DNA of 64,000 bases, taken from NCBI GenBank assembly GCA_951406725.2, contig OX597830.1, positions 62,186,001-62,250,000 on the forward strand, in the 5' to 3' direction. The translations under genes were made by a program, and so were the position numbers. Each line of letters opens with the position of its first letter. The first letter of the stretch is position 1. The notes under the pieces were generated by a model. That model made no database searches. It saw only the letters and a list, made by a program, of their open reading frames with translations, and was not told where the DNA came from. Below, one piece after another: positions 56,630 through 64,000 of the stretch. The stretch comes from Octopus vulgaris (Eukaryota).

Positions 56630-56677
<48 letters not shown>

Positions 56678-56694
56678 TGTGTGTGTGTGTGTGT

Positions 56695-56911
56695 TTAGGG
56701 GATGCCGAAAAGCTCCTGGCGTTGGGTAAAAGAAAATACGGGTGGATCAATTAATAATGATTTTATTCAACATATTCCCCTCTCAGATTCACACACTTAT
56801 AGCACCGGTGCTTCCGTTTTTCTAATCCCTATGAAAGAACTCAAAAGGTGAGGCTGCCAACTAGGCCTTTAACGAAACCCTAAAAGCCATGAACTTTTCA
56901 GCGCCTCCTCT
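56695..56911 (-). mobile_element. Internally deleted mariner derivative
   Basis: Imperfect TIRs (GGGGATGCCGAAAAGCTCCTGGC / GCCATGAACTTTTCAGCGCCTCC); encodes KCVNLRGEYVE*, a mariner transposase C-terminus. Confidence 0.8.
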
Positions 56912-56949
56912 TATATATACATATATCTATATCTATCTATATATCTATA

Positions 56950-57005
<56 letters not shown>

Positions 57006-58941
57006 TATATAGATAGATATAGATATATGTATGTATGTATATATATATATGTATGTGTATATATATATATGTATGTATATATATATATGTATGTATATAT
57101 ATATGTATGTATATATATATGTATGTATATATATATGTATGTATATATGTATATATGTATATATGTATATGTGTATATATGTATATATGTATATATGTAT
57201 ATGTATATATAATGTATATATGTATATGTATCTCGCGCGCCTTGGCGCGCGCTGGGGGCTCGGTCGGCCCCTTTGGGCTTGCGTTGCACTGCTTGTGCGT
57301 TGTGTGCGTGAGCGCGCTTCGTGTGTGTGGGCTTGCTTCGGATGTGCGCTTGCGTATGTTTGCATACATACCCACACACTCGCATGCATCCCTACCCACA
57401 TACATACACGCACACCTACTCACACACACACATACACACACACACACACACGCACACACACACACATACACACATACACACACACACATACATACATACA
57501 CACACATACCCACTTCAGACACACACACACACACAAACATGCACGGACACACCCAGACATACATACATACACCTATATACACACGCCTACACACCTACAT
57601 ACACACACATATACACACGCCCACACAGCTACATACACACACATACATACACACATACACGGACACACCTATACATACTTACATACATACACCTATACAC
57701 ACACGCCTACACACCTACACACACACATGCACACACACACACATGTACGCACATACACACACATATACGCACACACATATATACCCACACACATGCACAC
57801 ACACACACATACGCACATACATGCACGCATGCACACGCGCACACCTACACGCATACACACACACACACGCACGTACACATACATACATACACACACGCAT
57901 ACATACACCCATACACATACATGCATCCTACACACACATACATACACACTCACACATACATACACACACACGCACTCACTCACACACCTGTATGTTCGCG
58001 CACACACATGCACATACACACACTTCCCCACACCCACACGTACATACATACACACTCATACACACATACACACACACACACACACACGGACATACATCTA
58101 TGCACACACATATATACACACATACTCACATACATTCATCGGACACACTGCCACCCAGACATACACACAGACACACTCACACATCCACACGCACACATAC
58201 GTACGCGCACACATACGTACGCGCACACTCGCCGGTTCGCGCACGCATGCGCCCCGCATGCACCTCGCCCTTGGACCCGACGAGACCTCCCGCCCGTTCC
58301 TGGGATGTCGCTTGTCGTTGGGTTTTCCCACGCCCGTCTCCGCGGGACCACTCTTCCATCTTCCCCTCCGCTGGAGTCCTTTTCCTACCCCCCCCCTTTT
58401 TTTCGTTACACACACGCGCACACATATACACACATTGCTTAAACATATACATCACTCTTACACACATTCAATCTACTCGCCACTAATACTACCACGACAC
58501 TGGACACACACACACACTACTACTCAACACACGCTGGCACGCTACATACGCCCCCACCCCTTCCCCTCCCTCCCTTCCTCCTTCCTCCCTTTTCTCACTA
58601 CTGACCTTTGTCTGCTATGCTGCTGCTATGCTGACCACCGTCTCGCCCTACCTCACACGCCTACACACAGACGCACACACTAACACATACATATATTTTT
58701 TGTTTTTTTACCTCGCCTCACACACACACATACACACGCGCACACGCACACACTCACACATACACACACATCTGTTGCGTTACCAACCTTGTCTCCACTC
58801 TTTTGCCTTTAAAAACCCACTTTGCTCTTGTTATCGTAAACATCCGCCTTTCACCATGTGCTACTCCTAACACCAGCCGTTTTTTTCTCTATCTCCGTTG
58901 CCCGCTCCGGGATCTTTCTTTCCTCTCTCTTCCTTCTTTAT

Positions 58942-58976
58942 GTTTCCGACGAAGAGCTCCGCTCGAAACGTCATAC
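58942..58976 (+). ncRNA. Minimal hammerhead ribozyme (variant core)
   Basis: GTTT-CCGACGA-A-GAGC-TCC-GCTC-GAAA-CG-TC-ATAC; one stem I mismatch; U4C. Confidence 0.7.
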
Positions 58977-59067
58977 CTCCCTGCTTCCATTTCCTGAGCG
59001 CCTATTAATAATAATACTGTAATTGTTCCCTTGTTGTTGTTTTTTTGTTTCCCGTTTGGATTAAAAT

Positions 59068-59112
<45 letters not shown>

Positions 59113-59239
59113 CTGTGCCTATTTTTCGGAGATTGTGTATCAACACTGAAATTATTTGTTTGGCCATTTCCGTAAAACTTTTTTATTTCTTTAAATTTTT
59201 TGGGCTTAATCTCTTATGTTCAGGTATTTTTTGTGTGTG

Positions 59240-59680
59240 TGGAGGTGCAATGGCTCGGTGTTTAGGGCAGCGAATACGCGTTGTAAGTGTTTATTGAGCG
59301 AAAACACCAAAAGCTCCACAAGGCTCCAGCAGTGGTGGGGAACCCTGCTGTACCCTTTCATCACAACTTTCTCTCACTCTTTCTTCCTGTTTCTGTTGTA
59401 CCTGTATTTCAAAGGGCCAGCCTTGTCACACTCTGTATCACGCTGAATCTCCCCAAGAACTACATTAGCTACGCGTGTCTGTGGAGTGCTCAACCACTTG
59501 CACGTTAATTTCACGAGCAGGCTGTTCCGCTGATCGGATCAACTGGAACTCAGGTCGTCGTAACCGACGGAGTGCCACCAATTGGCTGCGAATGATACGT
59601 GTATCTTGTTTTGTCCTGTTTGCCGTTGTTGTGCTTTGACGGTTTCTGTTTGTTGTGTTTTCTCTGTTTTACCTTCGATT

Positions 59681-59719
<39 letters not shown>

Positions 59720-60008
59720 AGGCACATGGCTTAGTGGTTAGCGCAGCGGTCTCGCAGTCGAAGGATCGCGTGTTCGAATCTCAGACCGGGCGATGTGTGT
59801 GTTTATGAGCGAAACATCTAAGCTCCACGCGGCTCCGGCAGAAGGTAATGGCGAACCTCTGCTCACTCTTTCGCCACAACTTTCTCTCACTCTTTCCTCT
59901 TGCAGCTCACCTGCAACGGATCGGCGTTCCGTCCAGGTGGGGAACCTATACGCCAAGGAAACCGGGAAAACGGCCCTTATGAACCAGGTATGGCTCGAGA
60001 AGGAACAA
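59240..60008 (+). mobile_element. Two SINE-C copies with different tails (59240-59577 long tail; 59717-60008 V-like tail)
   Basis: Shared head and body, divergent 3' modules. Confidence 0.88.
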
Positions 60009-60258
60009 ACATATATATATATATTTAATGTAGGATAAAATTTTTCTCGAAAAAAAATTTTATCAATGCCCAGCATATTAAAAAATACCTTTAAAGGTTA
60101 AAATTATAAACAACTTATAAATAAGGGCAAACGAAAAAGTTTCTAATGCCAAATATGCCGAAAATTGAACATATTGTCCATTACCTTATAATTTTTCACA
60201 ATACGCACGCTACTTGAAGAAAGCCGACAGAAATTTCTAAAATATTCCATTATTACCA

Positions 60259-60311
60259 TATCGGACCGATTTCAGGGTTAGTTTGTGAGAACCCTCCCTT
60301 CGTCAGTGATA
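60259..60311 (-). ncRNA. Type-I hammerhead ribozyme, slightly decayed
   Basis: TATCA-CTGACGA-AGGG...CCCT-GAAA-TCGG-TC-CGATA. Confidence 0.75.
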
Positions 60312-60358
60312 AATGTGGCAAAGCAATAAATGAGATACTTACTCACACCCTTGGAAGA

Positions 60359-60424
<66 letters not shown>

Positions 60425-61256
60425 ACATACACACACACGCACACATATGTATGTATGTGTGTGTATGTATATAGATAAATAAAACTTTTACCGCTTGAGA
60501 TTTATTTCCGGGGATGGGGTAAAGCAGCTGGTGCTTACTTTATTGATCCTCGAAAGCATAACTCGACCTCAGCGGAATTCGAACTCAAACCGTAAAGACG
60601 GACTAAATGCCGATAATCATTTTGTCCGGGTCGGTAACGAATCTGACAACACGACGGCTTACGCTTACGAATGAAAAGTAAATATCAAAACAACAAATAG
60701 ACTTAAAGAAGTATACCACATATACTGTGAGTGAGTGAGAGGGAGAGAGAGAGGGAGAGAGAGAGAGAGGGAGAGAGAGAGAGGGAGAGAGATATAATAT
60801 ATATGACATATATCTTGCATACAATACAACACAATGTGCTGCACCCATCGGTCACGCTGGAAGGTAGGACCAAAATAACAGAGTGGGAATGAGTGAAGGT
60901 CAGAGACACTAAATGGAGGTGAGCTGCAGTGAGAGGTTCCGCTCTAGAGCTGTTGGTAGTCTAATCAAAATGAAACTGAATACTATATATATATATATAT
61001 ATATATATATTGTGTGTATATATATACATACATACAAAAATGGGACAAGAACACAAAACATCCAGACAGATGATACAAAGAAAACAAGGACGGGTCATTC
61101 GGAATTTTCTTTCCTCAGTCGAGTTCCAAATTTTCTCTGCAATTTCGGCTGGTTATACTCGAGATTGCTCCAATCTGGCCAGCCCCAAGGAAAAACTAAG
61201 CTAAGGGCATTAGATTCCTAGGAAGAAAGAAGTGAATGTATGCGAAAACAAGGACG

Positions 61257-61300
<44 letters not shown>

Positions 61301-61303
<3 letters not shown>

Positions 61304-62236
61304 GCACCGCTTCCTCCTCTTCTTCGTCCGAAGTAAATCGACGACTTCGTAAAGTATATTCGAATGGTCCAAAGTGGTAGTAGCCGGGTGGGGCATGATC
61401 TTGACTGTATGCAGTGTGTTCCATTAACTCGAAACCCAGTTTCCCAATGGCTTCAACGGTTTGGGTGGCCGTATGTGAGCGTGCATTGTCGTCCAAAAAT
61501 AACACTTGATTTGACAATAGATTTCAGCGTTGAGTACAAATTGCTGGCTTCAATTTCTTGGCCAGCATTTCACTATAGCCTATGCTGGCGAGACCGTAGA
61601 CTCCATTTCCAGGCAGTACAGGCCCTTTTGTGTCCCTAAAATTGTTTGCATCATTTTTCTGAGGAAGGTTTAGTTTCGAATTTCTTTTTCACAGGCGATT
61701 CAAGGTGTTTCCAGTCCATATGTGATCTTTTGATTCCAGTTGAAAGCGATGGACCCAGGTCTCATCTCCTGTGACTATTCACTCCAAAAAAGTTTCGCAT
61801 TCATCGTTGTAGCAACCGAGTAAGCGTTAACAGATCTCCACGCGATTGCCCTAATGCGATCCCTTAAGCTCTCTTGGCATTCATCTCGCACAAATTTTAC
61901 GGAAGCAAAGCTTGTTGTGGATGATTTCACCTGCAGAAACGTGACTAATTTGCAGAGTACATGCCGCTCCGCAGATAGTTACTAGACGGTTCGCCAGAAC
62001 CACGTCTCGAGATTGTTGAATCGTCACATTAGTAATGGAGGCTGACGAGCATCCTGTTTCCTCTTCATGTTTCACGCTGGGTCCGGCCATTTTTAAATTT
62101 CTCGAACCACTCATATACACTTCCACGCGGTGCAGCGCTGTTACCGTTTTGAATTGAAAGCCTGCGATGATTTTTCAACCCCTGACACTCCTTCAGGCCA
62201 GAGAAATCGGATTACTGGTCTCTGTGAGTGTGTACC
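61301..62236 (-). pseudogene. Mariner transposase pseudogene
   Basis: FRKICAR, IVTGDETWV, LDDNARSHTA, and AYSQDHAPPGY (YSPDLAPxD-like); stops and frameshifts. Confidence 0.9.
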
Positions 62237-62357
62237 ACGCATACACAAACACGCGCGCGCACACACACATATATACACGCACACGCACACACACACACAC
62301 ACACATGCATTTATGCGGTACATAGAGGTACATAAAAGTATGGATGTGTATATATGA

Positions 62358-62406
<49 letters not shown>

Positions 62407-62461
62407 CAGAATGAGATAAAAAATCCAAGGCTCTGAAAAATTTCAAAACATTTATAAAGAG

Positions 62462-62509
62462 GTCTTACAGCTGTTTCCGGGATATTTTATATATCCCTTC
62501 ATCAGAGAC
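62462..62509 (-). ncRNA. Intact minimal type-I hammerhead ribozyme
   Basis: GTCT-CTGATGA-A-GGGATAT-ATAAA-ATATCCC-G-GAAA-CAGCTG-TA-AGAC; all stems perfect. Confidence 0.92.
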
Positions 62510-62666
62510 GGTGCGAGAAAATGGTCAAGCAATAGTTATTATAGAGAAGATATTAAATACAGAGTGAAATGGAGGAAGGAAAACAGACGTGAGATACCTA
62601 AGGATATTGTATCCGCAGTTCCATTATTTGAGCAGAATGGTATATTTATAAGTTTCCTGTTCCTTG

Positions 62667-62744
<78 letters not shown>

Positions 62745-62858
62745 TACGCATAAGTACGCAGGCGTTAATAAGCATCATGGGTAAGTATCTTCTACTATAG
62801 GCTAGGGCAGACCAAAGCCTTAAGAGTGAATTTGGAAGATAACTGAAATAAGCCCTTC

Positions 62859-62912
<54 letters not shown>

Positions 62913-63452
62913 ATTTTATTGTCTCCTTGCCGTGATATCACGTGATAGTTGTACGTGTCACTGCCATGCAATCGGTGTCCTTTGTTTCCAATCTTCCATA
63001 AAAACATGTCTGGGCATGGTAAAATATTACCTTCCTTGGAAAATACGAGACTTGGCGACAGGAAGGGCATCCAGCAATACAAAATCCATCTGATCCATAA
63101 GAGCATGGAAATCCACATCTTTCATATTATGTGGACGATAATATTTTCAACCGAAACGTTACAACTATATCTAATTGTTCAAATTCTTCGATATTGTGTA
63201 TGTGCACATATTTGCTCGGATTGCTGAGATTTATCAATAGTTTCTCCTACACTTTTGATGCTCCACTTTCTATCATTAGTAAAACTGTCGGCATTTTGAC
63301 GATACGGGCATTCTAGTATATAGGTATTCCTCAAAAATGATAGATTCTAAAATTACATTAGATTTTCCTAGAAGTAATTGATAATTTCGAGTAGAATTAT
63401 TATAATGATTTTTATTTTAGACTTCAAAAAATACACTATTAGTAAATATTTC

Positions 63453-63851
63453 GGATCTTTTCGGTTTGAACGGCACTTTTTAAAAATAATTTCTACGTAA
63501 CTAAAAAATTTTAAACTTCGTATACTGGTAGAATGTGTTTATAAAACATCTTTTTCTCTTGGCTTTATTGAGAAAATTCTATAGTTTGTAAGATATTGGT
63601 TGTTTTTTTCTTCAATTTCTGCAATTTCAACCAATCAGTGACGTCTATTGAGTTAAAAAGCATTCTGTGCCGTATGAATATGTCCCTCGTATGAGAAACA
63701 GATTGGGTTTATTTACATTTGTGAAGAAAAAAAGATACCCCTAACCCTAAAAGAGATTGAAATGCAATAGATCGATACTAGGGTCATAATTATGGGTGAC
63801 AATTTCATATGACACCGCTAGAAAAAACTGCCGTTCAAACCGAAAAGATCC
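63453..63851. mobile_element. MITE (GGATC-TIR family), inverted relative to the 15328 copy
   Basis: TIRs; internal CCCTAACCCTAA; flanked by an 80-bp direct duplication. Confidence 0.93.
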
Positions 63852-64000
63852 AGTAATTGATAATTTCGAGAAGAATTATTATAATGATTTTTATTTTAGA
63901 CTTCGAAAATTACACTATTAATAAATATTTCCGCTGTGTTCATAGATATTAGATTATCAATATTGCTAGTCATAAATGTTTAAGAAAGCTTAAATACTAA

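Noticed and set aside
57031-58683. 550-aa and overlapping His/Thr-rich ORFs
   Set aside because: Translation of stop-free CA/TA repeats; open in several frames; no domain
61095-61200. Hammerhead-like GGCTGG/CCAGCC-GAAA on the minus strand (related copy at 46520-46625)
   Set aside because: No CUGANGA before the stem, and the downstream CTGAGGA/CTGAAGA cannot be paired into a consistent fold

Overview
Eukaryotic, gene-poor and extremely repeat-rich DNA; the microsatellite load and tRNA-derived SINE families suggest a coleoid cephalopod, most likely an octopus (inference). I cannot support any host protein-coding exon, and nearly all ORF-track entries are microsatellite or SINE artefacts. The window holds four interleaved SINE families (working names A, B, C, E) and 5'-truncated non-LTR retrotransposons (Tx1-like, two CR1-group, R4/Dong-like, Hero-like). 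It also holds Tc1 and mariner relics, four copies of a GGATC-ended MITE, Helitron ends and interstitial (TTAGGG)n. The main unexpected signal is self-cleaving RNA. At least seven minimal type-I hammerhead ribozymes with palindromic stem III occur, mostly in Penelope-like fragments, and one lies in the tail of a tRNA-headed SINE. The 3' UTR of the Hero-like element also holds all hammerhead core motifs in a non-circularly rearranged, pseudoknotted order. Other points: a SINE/LINE shared 3' stem-loop with compensatory changes, SINE-A insertion biased to GGTAY sites in other SINEs, and an 80-bp duplication flanking a MITE. All coordinates and pairings were read by eye.
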